Origin: Eledone cirrhosa | Lineage: Eukaryota | Reading direction: 5' to 3' | DNA length: 64,000 nucleotides | Assembly: GCA_964016885.1 (NCBI GenBank) | Contig: OZ024765.1 | Span: 22,630,001-22,694,000, forward strand | In this document: positions 38,479 through 53,722 of the stretch, in pieces | Layout of the letters: each line of letters begins with the position of its first letter | Numbering within the stretch: the first letter of the stretch is position 1 | Notes under the pieces: generated by a model | The model's input: only the letters and a program-made list of their open reading frames with translations | Databases searched by the model: none | Told to the model about the DNA's origin: nothing | Position numbers and translations under genes: made by a program

Positions 38479-39698
38479 GTAAGTTTTCCTCTAATTCTAT
38501 CATTCTTTCACATATTTTATTCCAAGAATAATTGTTTCTACTTTTGCCAGAAACGTAACTCTATGCTGAAATTCTTCATTAATTAATAGAAATATGATCA
38601 CAAAAATGATAAGTCATTATTATTAGCAGAATCAGTAGAGTGACAATATGTCTTGTGATATTTAGGTACATCTCTTTATATCTGAATTAAAATCCTATCA
38701 AAGATCAACTTTGCCTTTCATCCTTCCCAACTTGACAAGATAAAATACCAGTCAAGTACTGGGTTGGATAAATCCCAATAAAAGAAAGAAAAAAATGTAT
38801 ATGAGTGCCTTTGAGTACACCTGGTTTCAATAACTAATGAGTGGCATACATAGTTATGTACTGGTTCTTTATTTTATCAGCTTAGGTTGGTGACATTGGA
38901 ATACTGTTAGTATTTTCTTAGATTTTCTGTCTAAGCTCTTCAATTTGTTTGACTTCCAATTTATTTTATTCCAAGAATAATTGTTTCTACTTTTGCCAGA
39001 AACGTAACTCTATGCTGAAAAGCATGAGGTTGATAGAATAAAGTACCAGTAATGCACTGGAGTCAATTTAATCGACTTTCTCCTCCCCCAGAATTGCTGG
39101 CCTTGTGTCTATATAAGAAACTATTATTATTAGGGTGGTGCATTGGCAGTATTGTAGAGAGGGTCGGACCCATGCTTTGACGCATAGAGTTACGGCCCTT
39201 GCCATTCTGAGTTCAAATCCCCGCCGAGGTTAACTTTGCCTTTCATCCTTACGGGGGTCGATAAAATAAAGTACCAGTAATGCACTGGGGTAATTGCTGG
39301 CCTTGTGCCTAACGTAGAAACAATTATTAGGGTGGTGGATTGGCAGTATTGTAGAGAGTCCACCATGCTTTACAGCATAGAGTTATGGCCCTTTACGTTA
39401 TGAGTTCTAATCCCTCTGAGGTTAACTTTGCCTTTTATCCTTACGGGGTCGATAAAATAAAGAACCAGTAATATTCTGGGGTCGATTTAATCGACTTACC
39501 CCTCCCCCAAAATTGCTGGCCTTGTGCCTATATAAGAAACCATTATTATTAGCCGAGGTTAACTTTGCCTTTCATCCTTACGGGGTCGATAAAATAAAGT
39601 ACCAGTAATGTACTGGGTAATTGATGGCCTTGTGCCAAAAGTAGAAACAATTATTATTATTATTATATTAATAATTATTATTATTATTATTATCATAG

Positions 39699-39743
39699 CT
39701 AAAAAATGTCTTGACCCAATTGAAGAGGATGGAAACCAAGATG
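39699..39743 (+). CDS. Host gene cytoplasmic microexon (TKKCLDPIEEDGNQD)
   Basis: catAG acceptor after an (ATT)n tract, ATG|GTAAGT donor; 45 nt, phase 1-1. Confidence 0.72.
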
Positions 39744-39859
39744 GTAAGTGACATTTTAAGTATTGTCATATATATGGATGGTCATGGTAGGGTTGGTGGT
39801 TCAGTTGGTGGTTGGGGTTGGTGGTGGTATTGGTAAAAGGTATGTAAAATAGAGGTGTG

Positions 39860-41133
39860 ACTTATCTCCTGGACCTACAAAACCTCCTCTTCTTTGCCCA
39901 CTTATTCCTGGGAAGGTCGTGAGGTCAGAGTCCTCAAACACTCCTTCCAACTGATCAGGCTGGGCCCCAAGCGAGACCAGCCAAGCTCAAGGATGTTATC
40001 CAGCCACCTTGCTCAATGTCTACCCCAGGGCCTCCTGCCAGTTGGTTTTTACCTGTAAAATCTGTCCAGTGATTCTTTCCTGAGACGTTCTAACCACAAG
40101 TCCATAGTATGAGAGCTGCGATCTCTCAATTCAGAGAAGTAGTGGCTCTATCTGGAGTGACTCTCTGATCTCCCAGCTACAAATCTATCCAGAGATTCTT
40201 TCCTGAGACATTCTAACCACAAGTCCATAGTATCACAGCTGTGATCTCTCAATTCAGAGAAGTAGCAGCTCTACCTGGAGTGACTCTCTGATCTCCCAGC
40301 TACAAATCTATCCAGAGATTCTTTCCTGAGACATTCTAACCACAAGTCCATAGTATCACAGCTGTGATCTCTCAATTCAGAGAAGTAGCAGCTCTACCTG
40401 GAGTGACTCTCTGATCTCTGAGCTACAAATCTGTCCAGTGATTCTTTCCTGAGACATTCTAACCACAAGTCCATAGTATCACAGCTGTGATCTCTCAATT
40501 CAGAGAAGTAGCAGCTCTACCTGGAGTGACTCTCTGATCTCCCAGCTACAAATCTATCCAGAGATTCTTTCCTGAGACATTCTAACCACAAGTCCATAGT
40601 ATCACAGCTGTGATCTCTCAATTCAGAGAAGTAGCAGCTCTACCTGGAGTGACTCTCTGATCTCCCAGCTACAAATCTATCCAGTGATTCCTTCCTGAGA
40701 CATTCTAACCACAAGTCCATAGTATCAGAGCAGTGATCTCTCAATTCAGAGAAGTAGCAGCTCTACCTGGAGTGACTCTCTGATCTCCCAGCTACAAATC
40801 TATCCAGAGATTCTTTCCTGAGACATTCTAACCACAAGTCCATAGTATCACAGCTGTGATCTCTCAATTCAGAGAAGTAGCAGCTCTACCTGGAGTCACT
40901 CTCTGATCTCCCAGCTACAAATCTGTCCAGTGATTCTTTCCTGAGACATTCTAACCACATGTCCATAGTATCAGAGCTGTGATATCTCAATTCAGAGAAG
41001 TAGCAGCTCTACCTGGAGTGACTCTCTGATCTCCGAGCCACAAATCTGTCCAGTGATTCCTTCCTGAGACATTCTAACCACATGTCCATAGCAGCAGCTC
41101 TCCCTGGAGTGACTCTCTCATCTCCAAGCTACA
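39860..41133 (-). repeat. RTE LINE 3' end with a 123-bp tandem array (about 9 units, 40061-41133)
   Basis: Period 123 (CTAACCAC at 40090, 40213, 40336...); unit translates IRESLQVELLLL*IERSQL*YYGLVVRMSQERI. Confidence 0.85.
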
Positions 41134-41171
41134 CACTCTATCGAGTAACATTAAATATGTGGTACATTGCA

Positions 41172-41900
41172 AATAATAATAATAATGAAATTATTGTGTA
41201 AAGTGCTCAGGTGCACTACAACTCGTCAAAGGTGTATGTATAGTACATAGAATAATACAAAAATGTCAGGGAAGTACATGTGTGTATGTGTTAGCTGTAG
41301 TATTGGCGGATCTCGGGAAGCATGGAGGCCTTAAAGGATGCAGTGTCTCGACAGCTAACAACTGATGCAGGTAGTTTGTTCCATGGAGGTTTTAAAGGAT
41401 GCAGTGTGTCAACAGCTAACAACTGATGTAGGTAGTTTGTTCCATGGAGGTTTTAAAGGATGCAGTGTCTCGACAGCTAACAACTGATGTAGGTAGTTTG
41501 TTACATGGAGGTTTCAAAGGATGCAGTGTCTCGACAGCTAACAACTGATGCAGGTAGTTTGTTACATGGAGGCCTTAAAGGATGCAGTGTCTCGACAGCT
41601 AACAACTGATGTAGGTAGTTTGTTCCATGGAGGTTTTAAAGGATGTAGTGTCTCGACAGCTAACAACTGATGTAGGTAGTTTGTTCCATGGAGGCCTTAA
41701 AGGATGCAGTGTCTCGACAGCTAACAACTGATGCAGGTAGTTTGTTCCATGCTTCAGCAACTCTGAGCGTGAAAAAAGGTTTCAGAAAGTCATGGGAACT
41801 GTGCTGTTTTCTTACTTTGTGGGCATGTCCATGTGTGTTAGACACATGGAAATCAAAAAGGTACTCAGGGTTGTTGTTGGCAACATGGTTAACAATTTTG
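41172..41900 (-). mobile_element. CR1-type LINE 3' end with a 61-bp tandem array (7 units, 41321-41750)
   Basis: Same family as 4690-5531 (RVAEAWNKLPASVVSC.DTASFK). Confidence 0.88.
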
Positions 41901-43624
41901 TGTATGTTAAATGGAGGTGTCACTGATCTACTGAATCTACAAAACCTCACATAGTGGCTTTTCATATTTTCATGAAGATATAATTAAATATATAGAATAT
42001 AATATATACAATATTATATATACAATATAATATATACAATATAATATATACAATATAATATATACAATATAATATATACAATATTATATATACAATATAA
42101 TATATACAATATAATATATACAATATAATATATACAATATAATATATACAATATAATATATAAACATATATACAAAATATAATTTATAAATAAATATACA
42201 CAGTGCAATATATACAATATAGTATATAAATATATACAGTACAATATATACAATATAGTATATACAGTACAATATATACAATATAGTATATAAACATATA
42301 TATACAATACAATATATATATAAATATATACAATATATAGATATAAATATATACAGTACAATATATACATAAATATATACAATATCTATATATAGATTTG
42401 AGCGACTTCCGTCTGACTGTGTTTACACATTTATATTTATATACACATACATATAAATGTATGTATATGTACATACACACACGCACACACATATATACAC
42501 ATATGCATCAGTGTGTTGAAAACAATTCTAGTAATATATAAATAAGTATATAGAATATAATATGGAGGCACATGGCTTAGTGGTTAGAGCATTGGCCTTG
42601 CAATCGAAAGGTTGTGAGTTCAATTCTCAGACCGGGTGATGTGTTGTTTCCTTGAGCAAGGCACTTTATTTCACATTGCTCCAGTTTACTCAGCTGTATA
42701 AATGAGATGATAGGGATTGGGGTCCCTATCATTCCACTGCAAAGTGGTCGTGGAGGTGCCACGGCAAAAAAGCACCCAGCACTCACTGTAAATGAGGTTG
42801 GTGTTAGGAAGGGGCACCCAGCTGTAAAAAAACCTGCCAGAGACACTTCCGTGTGAACGAGACATGGTCTCCCGACCATGCTAGCATCAAAGATGGACGT
42901 TAAACAATGATGATGATGATGATGATATGCATATATATAATACAATATATAAACATACATATACAATACAATATATATATAATACAATATATAAACATAC
43001 ATATACAATATTTATATAATACAATATATAAACATACATATACAATACAATATATATATAATACAATATATAAACATACATATACAATATTTATATAATA
43101 CAATATATAAACATACATATACAATATATATATAATACAATATGTAAACATACATATACAATATTTATATAATACAATATATAAACATACATATACAATA
43201 CAATATATATATAATACAATATATAAACATACAATATATAAACATACATATACAATACAATATATATAATACAATATATAAACATACATATACAATACAA
43301 TATATATATAATACAATATATAAACATACATATACAATACAATATATATATAATACAATATATAAACATACATATACAATACAATATATATATAATACAA
43401 TATATAAATATACATATACAATACAATATATATATATAATACAATATATAAACATACATATACAATATATATACTTATATATACAATATAATATATATAC
43501 AACTATATACAATATATATACAAAGGTGCTAATTCAATATATATATACAATATAATACATAAACACATATATATACAATATATATATATATATATACAAT
43601 ATAAATACACAATACAATATATAA

Positions 43625-43920
43625 GCATGAGAGAGACTGAGATTAAGAGGAATCAAATGCTGTGTGTAGGAGAGGAGGTTGTGTTGGTTTGGACATGTGA
43701 TGGGTATGAAGGATGACAGCTGCATAAAAAGGTGCAGAGCACTAGAAGTCGATGGAAACCGCGGAGTGGGGAGACCCAGGAAGACCTGGGATGAGGGGAT
43801 AAAAGCCAACCTTACCCAATTACACCTCTCAAAGGCGATGACACATGACCATGACCTCTCGCGTCACGCAGTAATACAGAGTACCCGACCCCCCATGGGT
43901 AAAAGTCGAAGCTGAAGCAT
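43625..43920 (+). mobile_element. RTE LINE fragment
   Basis: WFGHVMGM, GVGRPRKTWDE. Confidence 0.8.
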
Positions 43921-45342
43921 ATAGACAATATGCCCCCACACCCTCCCACTGCAAAGTGGTCGTGGAGGTGCCATGGAAAAAAAGCACCCAGCACTCACTG
44001 TAAATGAGGTTGGTGTTAGGAAGGGCATCCAGCTGTAGAAATCAAGCCAGAATCAGTTCCTGTATGAGCAAGACAAGGTCAGCCGACCGGACACTGCCCA
44101 CAACAGGACAACCAGTCTAACCCATGCTAGCGTGGAAGAACGGACGTAAAACGGTGATGATGATATATATATATATACAATATATAAGCATATATATATA
44201 CAATATATAGACATATATATACAATATAATATATATAATCATATATATATATAATATAATATATATACACATATATATATACAATACACATATATACAGT
44301 ACAATATACATATATACACATGTATACAATACAATATAATATATATATACAACTATATACAATACAATATATATACATATATACAATATAATATATATAC
44401 AACTATATACAATATAATATAAATACATATAAATATACAATACAATATATATACACATAGAATTATATACAACACAATATATATACAATATATACACACA
44501 ATTATATACAATATAATATATATACAAAGATGTTAATTCAATATTTGCATAATTTGTTTAAATATTTTCATGGTTATTGATAATCAGTTTTATTGGAAAT
44601 TTCCAAAGGAAATTTCTTTTTCCTTTCAAATATTTATTATTTATTGTTCAAAATAAAATTATCAATATTTGTTTAAATTTAATATAGAAAAAAAATATAT
44701 AAAAAAATCAATATCTAATCACCAAGATATGTACTTTTAAACTTCTAACAATTTTTTTTAAATTGATTTCTGGTTTTAATTGATGAGAGATAAACTTCAA
44801 AAGAACACAGTATGTTCACTCAGTCACTGTTTAGTAGAGGGTGGGGTGGGTTTGGGGTGGAGTGGGGGTGAGTTGGGAGTGGAGTGGGGGTGGGTTTGTG
44901 GTGGGTGGAAAAGGGGTCTGGGGATAATCTCACCTTACCCACACACATATTTTTTTTTTAAAGTGTGCTGCTGGTTGTTTAGTTGTTATAGATTGTCAAA
45001 GTTCTTTCGTCACACATTCTGTAACCTCCTTAGTGATTGCCCTTTGATATTATTTTGTGTCTCTCCTTTGTTCTATCCTACACCATCTTCTGTGTTGTGA
45101 GCTGTATACAATAATATCTGTTTCAACACACATTTTCACATTAGAAGTCTTGCAAAACAAATTTTAAAATGAAATATATATATATATAGACAGTATATAT
45201 ATATATATATATATATATATTGTCTATATATATATATATATATATTGCTAGAGATGTCAACATGATTAGACCTGTTATTTTTATCTAAAGACATTTTGTC
45301 CAATTCCATCCCGCCTATCAATCTACCTTATTTCCCATTCTT

Positions 45343-45378
45343 TCTTCTGATGAAGGACTAGCGTCTGAAACGTTAAGA
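45343..45378 (+). ncRNA. Minimal hammerhead motif of Penelope type
   Basis: TCTT-CTGATGA-AGGAC/TAGC/GTCT-GAAACGTT-AAGA with palindromic AACGTT stem III. Confidence 0.6.
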
Positions 45379-45483
45379 CCATCTTCCTGCTATATCAAAG
45401 GTTAACCTAATATATCCCTTCCATATACTGTACTAATTGTGTTGTTATTTCTGTTTACCTTTTACATACATACATATACAATA

Positions 45484-48400
45484 TCTGTATGACATCACAC
45501 CTGTAATCAACACACCACACCACACCTGTATGACATCACACCTGTAATCAACACACCACACCAGACATGTCTGACATCACACCTGTAATCAACACACCAC
45601 ACCAGACCTGTCTGACATCACACCTGTAATCAACACACCACACCACACCTGTATGACATCACACCTGTAATCAACACACCACACCTGTCTGACATCACAC
45701 CTGTAATCAACACACCACACCTGTCTGACATCACACCTGTAATCAACACACCACACCAGACCTGTCTGACATCACACCTGTAATCAACACACCACACCTG
45801 TCTGACATCACACCTGTAATCAACACACCACACCAGACCTGTCTGACATCACACCTGTAATCAACACACTACACCTGTCTAACATCACACCTGTAATCAA
45901 CACACCACACCAGACCTGTCTGACATCACACCTGTAATCAACACGCCACACCAAACCTGTCTGACATCACACCTGTAATCAACACACCACACCACACCTG
46001 TCTGACATCACACCTGTAATCAACACACCACACCAGACGTGGCTGACATCACACCTGTAATCAACACACCACACCACACCTGTATGACATCACACCTGTA
46101 ATCAACACACCAGACCTGTCTGACATCACACCTGTAATCAACACACCACACCTGTCTGACATCACACCTGTAATCAACACACCACACCACACCTGTCTGA
46201 CATCACACCTGTAATCAACACACCACACCTGTCTGACATCACACCTGTAATCAACACACCACACCAGACATGTCTGACATCACACCTGTAATTAACACAC
46301 CACACCTGTCTGACATCACACCTGTAATCAACACACCACACCTGTCTGACATCACACCTGTAATCAACACACCACACCAGACATGTCTGACATCACACCT
46401 GTAATCAACACACTACACCTGTCTGACATCACACCTGTAATCAACACACCACACCAAACCTGTCTGACATCACACCTGTAATCAACACACCACACCACAC
46501 CTGTCTGACACCACACCTGTAATCAACACACAACACCACACCTGTCTGACATCACACCTGTAATCAACACACCACACCAGACATGTCTGACATCACACCT
46601 GTAATCAACACACCACACCAGACCTGTCTGACATCACACCTGTAATCAACACACCACACTACACCTGTCTGACATCACACCTGTAATCAACACACCACAC
46701 CAGACCTGTCTGACATCACACCTGTAATCAACACACCACACCAGACCTGTCTGACATCACACCTGTAATCAACACACCACACCAGACCTGTCTGACATCA
46801 CACCTGTAATCAACACACCACACCAGACCTGTCTGACATCACACCTGTAATCAACACACCACACTACACCTGTCTGACATCACACCTGTAATCAACACAC
46901 CACACTACACCTGTCTGACATCACACCTGTAATCAACACACCACACCAGACCTGTCTGACATCACACCTGTAATCAACACACCACACCAGACCTGTCTGC
47001 AATCACACCTGTAATCAACACACCACACCTGTCTGACATCACACCTGTAATCAACACACCACACTACACCTGTCTGACATCACACCTGTAATCAACACAC
47101 CACACCAGACCTGTCTGACATCACACCTGTAATCAACACACCACACCAGACCTGTCTGACATCACACCTGTAATCAACACACCACACCTGTCTGACATCA
47201 CACCTGTAATCAACACACCACACCACACCTGTCTGACATCACACCTGTAATCAACACACCACACCTGTCTGACATCACACCTGTAATCAACACACCACAC
47301 CAGACCTGTCTGACATCACACCTGTAATCAATACACCACACCTGTCTGACATCACACCTGTAATCAATACACCACACCTGTCTGACATCACACCTGTAAT
47401 CAACACACCACACCTGTCTGACATCACACCTGTAATCAACACACCACACCACACCTGTCTGACATCACACCTCTAATCAATACACCACACCTGTCTGACA
47501 TCACACCTGTAATCAACACACCAAACCACACCTGTCTGTCATCACACCTGTAATCAACACACCACACCAGACCTGTCTGTCATCACACCTGTAATCAACA
47601 CACCACACCACACCTGTCTGACATCACACCTGTAATCAACACACCACACCACACCTGTCTGACATCACACCTGTAATCAACACACCACACCTGTCTGACA
47701 TCACACCTGTAATCAACACACCACACCAGACCTGTCTGACATCACACCTGTAATCAATACACCACACCTGTCTGACATCACACCTGTAATCAATACACCA
47801 GACCTGTCTGACATCACACCTGTAATCAACACACCACACCTGTCTGACATCACACCTGTAATCAACACACCACACCACACCTGTCTGACATCACACCTGT
47901 AATCAATACACCACACCTGTCTGACATCACACCTGTAATCAACACACCAAACCACACTTGTCTGTCATCACACCTGTAATCAACACACCACACCAGACCT
48001 GTCTGTCATCACACCTGTAATCAACACACCACACCACACCTGTCTGACATCACACCTGTAATCAACACACCACACCAGACCTGTCTGACATCACACCTGT
48101 AATCAACACACCACACCAGACCTGTCTGACATCACACCTGTAATCAACACACCACACCTGTCTGACATCACACCTGTAATCAACACACCACACCACACCT
48201 GTCTGACATCACACCTGTAATCAACACACCACACCTGTCTGACATCACACCTGTAATCAACACACCACACCAGACCTGTCTGACATCACACCTGTAATCA
48301 ATACACCACACCTGTCTGACATCACACCTGTAATCAATACACCACACCTGTCTGACATCACACCTGTAATCAACACACCACACCTGTCTGACATCACACC

Positions 48401-50180
48401 TGTAATCAACACACCACACAACACCTGTCTGACATCACACCTGTAATCAATACACCACACCTGTCTGACATCACACCTGTAATCAACACACCAAACCACA
48501 CTTGTCTGTCATCACACCTGTAATCAACACACCACACCAGACCTGTCTGTCATCACACCTGTAATCAACACACCACACCACACCTGTCTGACATCACACC
48601 TGTAATCAACACACCACACCAGACCTGTCTGACATCACACCTGTAATCAACACACCACACCAGACCTGTCTGACATCACACCTGTAATCAACGCACCACA
48701 CCAGACCTGTCTGACATCACACCTGTAATCAACACACCACACCAGACCTGTCTGACATCACACCTGTAATCAACACACTACACCAGACCTGTCTGACATC
48801 ACACCTGTAATCAACACACCACACCAGACCTGTCTGACATCACACCTGTAATCAACACACCACACCAGACCTGTCTGACATCACACCTGTAATCAACACA
48901 CCACACCAGACCTGTCTGACACCACACCTGTAATCAATACACCAGACCTGTCTGACATCACACCTGTAATCAACACACCACACCACACCTGTCTGACACC
49001 ACACCTGTAATCAACACACCAGACCTGTCTGACACCACACCTGTAATCAACACACCAGACCTGTCTGACACCACACCTGTAATCAACACACCACACCAGA
49101 CCTGTCTGTCATCACACCTGTAATCAACACACCACACCACACCTGTCTGACACCACACCTGTAATCAACACACCAGACCTGTCTGACACCACACCTGTAA
49201 TCAACACACCAGACCTGTCTGACACCACACCTGTAATCAACACACCAGACCTGTCTGACATCACACCTGTAATCAACACACCACACCAGACCTGTCTGAC
49301 ATCACACCTGTAATCAACACACCACACCACACCTGTCTGACATCACACCTGTAATCAACACACCACACCAGACCTGTCTGACATCACACCTGTAATCAAC
49401 ACACCACACCACACCTGTCTGACATCACACCTGTAATCAACACACCACACCAGACCTGTCTGACATCACACCTGTAATCAACACACCACACCAGACCTGT
49501 CTGTCATCACACCTGTAATCAACACACCACACCAGACCTGTCTGTCATCACACCTGTAATCAACACACCACACCACACCTGTCTGACACCACACCTGTAA
49601 TCAACACACCACACCACACCTGTCTGACATCACACCTGTAATCAACACACCACACCAGACCTGTCTGTCATCACACCTGTAATCAACACACCACACCAGA
49701 CCTGTCTGTCATCACACCTGTAATCAACACACCACACCACACCTGTCTGACACCACACCTGTAATCAACACACCACACTACACCTGTCTGACATCACACC
49801 TGTAATCAACACACTACACCTGTCTGACATCACACCTGTAATCAACACACCACACCACACCTGTCTGACACCACACCTGTAATCAACACACCAGACCTGT
49901 CTGACACCACACCTGTAATCAACACACCACACCACACCTGTCTGACATCACACCTGTAATCAACACACCACACCACACCTGTCTGACACCACACCTGTAA
50001 TCAACACACCACACCACACCTGTCTGACACCACACCTGTAATCAACACACCACACCAGACCTGTCTGACACCACACCTGTAATCAACACACCACACCACA
50101 CCTGTCTGACACCACACCTGTAATCAACACACCACACCACACCTGTCTGACACCACACCTGTAATCAACACACCTGTCTG
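45484..50180. repeat. 36/41-bp minisatellite (about 4.7 kb)
   Basis: Unit ACACCTGTCTGACATCACACCTGTAATCAACACACC with or without an extra ACACC. Confidence 0.95.
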
Positions 50181-50193
50181 TTTATATTTTCAG

Positions 50194-50238
50194 GACACCT
50201 CAACACCAAAGAGAATCAATACTCCCAAATGTACGAAG
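50194..50238 (+). CDS. Host gene cytoplasmic microexon (GHLNTKENQYSQMYE)
   Basis: atattttcAG acceptor, AAG|GTAAAC donor; 45 nt, phase 1-1; a unique island between two repeat arrays. Confidence 0.8.
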
Positions 50239-50295
50239 GTAAACAACAACTGTTGATATTTAACTGTTACAACATTTCTCTATGTCCAGATGTGT

Positions 50296-51875
50296 TGCAA
50301 CACCTCCTCCCCCACCAACACCTCCTCCCCCTCCAACACCTCCTCCCCCACCAACACATCCTGCCCCCACCAACACCTCCTCCCCCACCAACACCTCCTC
50401 CCCCTCCAACACCTCCTCCTCCTCCTCCAACACCTCCTTCCCATACAACACCTCCTCCCCCTCCAACACATCCTTCCCCCTCCAACATCCCCTCCCCTCC
50501 AAAATATCCTGCCCCCACCAACACCTCCCCCACCAACACCTCCCTCTCCAACACCTCCTCCCCCTCCAACACCCCACTCCAACACCTCCTCCCCCTCCAA
50601 CACCTCCTCCACCTCCAATACCTCCCCCCTCCAACACGTCCGGCCCCTCCAAAACCTCCCCCTCCAACACCTCCACCCCAACACCTCCACCTCCAACACC
50701 TGCTCCCCCTCCAACACCTCCCCCCTCCAACACCGCCCCCATTTCCAACCCTCCTCCCCCTCCACCACCAGTACTTCACCACACCATCATCCTCACCACC
50801 ACTACCACCACACCACCCACACCACCACCACCAACACCATCACCACACCATCAACACCCACACCACCAACACCACCACTCCCCCGCACCCCCACCTCCAC
50901 CACCACCACCACCACCACGTTCTCCACCAACACAACCCCACCACCATCACCACCACCACCACCTCCACCACCACCACCACCATCACCACCACCACCACCA
51001 CCTTCTCCACCAACACAACCCCACCACCACCACCACCACCACCACCTCCACCACCACCACCACCATCACCACCACCACCACCACCTTCTCCACCAACACA
51101 ACCCCACCACCACCACCACCTCCACCAACACAACCCCACCACCATCACCACCCCCACCCCCACCCCCACCACCACCACCACCACCACCACCAACACAACC
51201 CCACCACCACCATCACCACCACCACCATCACCACCACCACCTTCTCCACCAACACAACCCCACCACCACCACCACCACCACCACCAACACAACCCCACCA
51301 CCATCACCATCACCACCACCACCACCACCACCACCTTCTCCACCAACACAACCCCACCACCATCACCACCCTCACCCCCACCACCACCACCACCACCACC
51401 ACCACCACCAACACAACCCCACCACCACCATCACCACCATCACCACCACCACCACCACCAACACAACCCCACCACCACCATCACCACCACCACCATCACC
51501 ACCACCACCACCACCATCACCACCCCCACCACCCCCACCACCACCTCCTCCACCAACACAACCCCACCACCACCACCACCACCATCATCACCACCACCAC
51601 CACCATCATCACCACCACCACCACCATCACCACCACCACCACCACCACCAACACAACCCCACCACCATCACCACCACCATCATCACCACCACCACCACCA
51701 TCACCACCACCACCACCACCATCACCACCACCACCACCACCACCAACACAACCCCACCACCATCACCACCACCATCATCACCACCACCACCACCATCACC
51801 ACCACCACCACCACCATCACCACCACCACCACCACCACCAACACAACGCCACCACCACCACCACCCCCACCACCG
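50296..51875. repeat. C-rich compound (CCT/CCA)n repeat
   Basis: Extreme strand skew; lies wholly in the intron between exons 50238 and 51930. Confidence 0.85.
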
Positions 51876-51929
51876 GCCTTCATCATTTCCCCAGAATTCA
51901 ATGCAGTTTCCTTCCTTTCTATCTTTCAG

Positions 51930-51965
51930 CAGCAGAAGCTGAAGAAGACGAAGACAAAGAACGAG
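51930..51965 (+). CDS. Host gene acidic microexon ([12 protein letters not shown])
   Basis: Strong pyrimidine tract then tcAG, GAG|GTGAAC donor; 36 nt, phase 1-1; tandem CAGCAGCAG acceptors. Confidence 0.72.
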
Positions 51966-52082
51966 GTGAACTTTCTTTTCACTTACTCCTAGATAGACGT
52001 AGACACACATACATGTTTCTACTTACACTCACACACACACACACACACAGACATAGAGTGATACATAACCAAAACTTCAAGA

Positions 52083-52122
<40 letters not shown>

Positions 52123-52209
52123 AAAATGTATGAACCCCGACGGCAGAGCTCAAGCTGTTTCGACTCTGATGCGTTATGGTCCATCTGGTTCCTTACCACA
52201 ACTCCGTCG

Positions 52210-52251
<42 letters not shown>

Positions 52252-53050
52252 ATATATATGTATGTATATATATATATATGTATGTATATATATATGTATG
52301 TATGTATATATATATATGTATGTATATATGTATGTATATATATATATGTCAGGTCACCACTTGGTGCTACTGGTAACATGTATCCCAGTACAACCTGTCT
52401 CATGGTCGGGTCGTTGGCGACTAAACTGGCAACCCCACTAAGGTTTCTTGGTGAGGAGGGTGACTTTGGACATCCTGCAGGACTAAAAACAAAACCTGTC
52501 AAAGGGCAAAGGAGCTCTTAAGAGTCAATGGCCATCCAAAATCACTGGGAGAGATGACCCCTTAGCCTTTGTCAAGGCAGAATTCTAGGAGAAGGAAAAC
52601 TCTGATATAACACCTGCAACCCTGATGGTATCCAATGATGTTGACTTGTTCTTCTTTTTGGTAAATATCATCTTGGTTAAGAGAGTGGGACTGGCTTTGT
52701 GCAGTGCCTTTGCTCACTATAAAAGCTTCACGGCACAGGCATTGCTTTATATCTGGAGATCTCTCTGCACTTGCCGTCACATGGTACCATGGGCCCAGCA
52801 CTATGTGTCAATAATTGTCACAAGTGTAGTGTTTGTACCAGAGTTTTCAAGTCGCTGACTGGACTAAAAAGTCACACTCGTTCAGCGCATCGGTAGGGGT
52901 TCTCCTACATGGATATAAAGTAGTGGCCGTACTCGAAAACGAGTTGGCAGCCACCATATATATATATATGTATGTATATATATATGTATGTATATATATA
53001 TATATGTATATATATATATGTATATATATATGTATATATATATGTATATA

Positions 53051-53095
<45 letters not shown>

Positions 53096-53122
53096 GTATA
53101 TATATATATATGTATATATATG

Positions 53123-53172
<50 letters not shown>

Positions 53173-53190
53173 TATATGTGTGTATATATA

Positions 53191-53237
<47 letters not shown>

Positions 53238-53266
53238 TATATATATATATATGTATATATATATAT

Positions 53267-53316
<50 letters not shown>

Positions 53317-53324
53317 ATATGTAT

Positions 53325-53596
<272 letters not shown>

Positions 53597-53722
53597 CAAA
53601 AATGAGTATGGTTTGTTGATTACTCAACGAATGCAATATTACAATAGATTAGAAGCACTCAACAGTGATTTTTCTGGAGTTTTAATATTATTCAAAATGT
53701 TAACAAATGAAAAATATACACA

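Noticed and set aside
42564-42640. tRNA gene (GCA anticodon-like)
   Set aside because: It is the head of a multi-copy SINE; no proper acceptor stem and it continues into the SINE body.
50229-52441. 550-719 aa Pro/Thr/His-rich ORFs resembling extensin or mucin
   Set aside because: All three frames are open because (CCA/CCT)n lacks stops; the region lies between a good donor (50239) and acceptor (51929).
52330-52955. Possible additional exon or coding region
   Set aside because: No consistent splice pair or recognisable protein; the first half resembles a retroelement 5' UTR, and the segment is flanked by (TA)n like other insertions.
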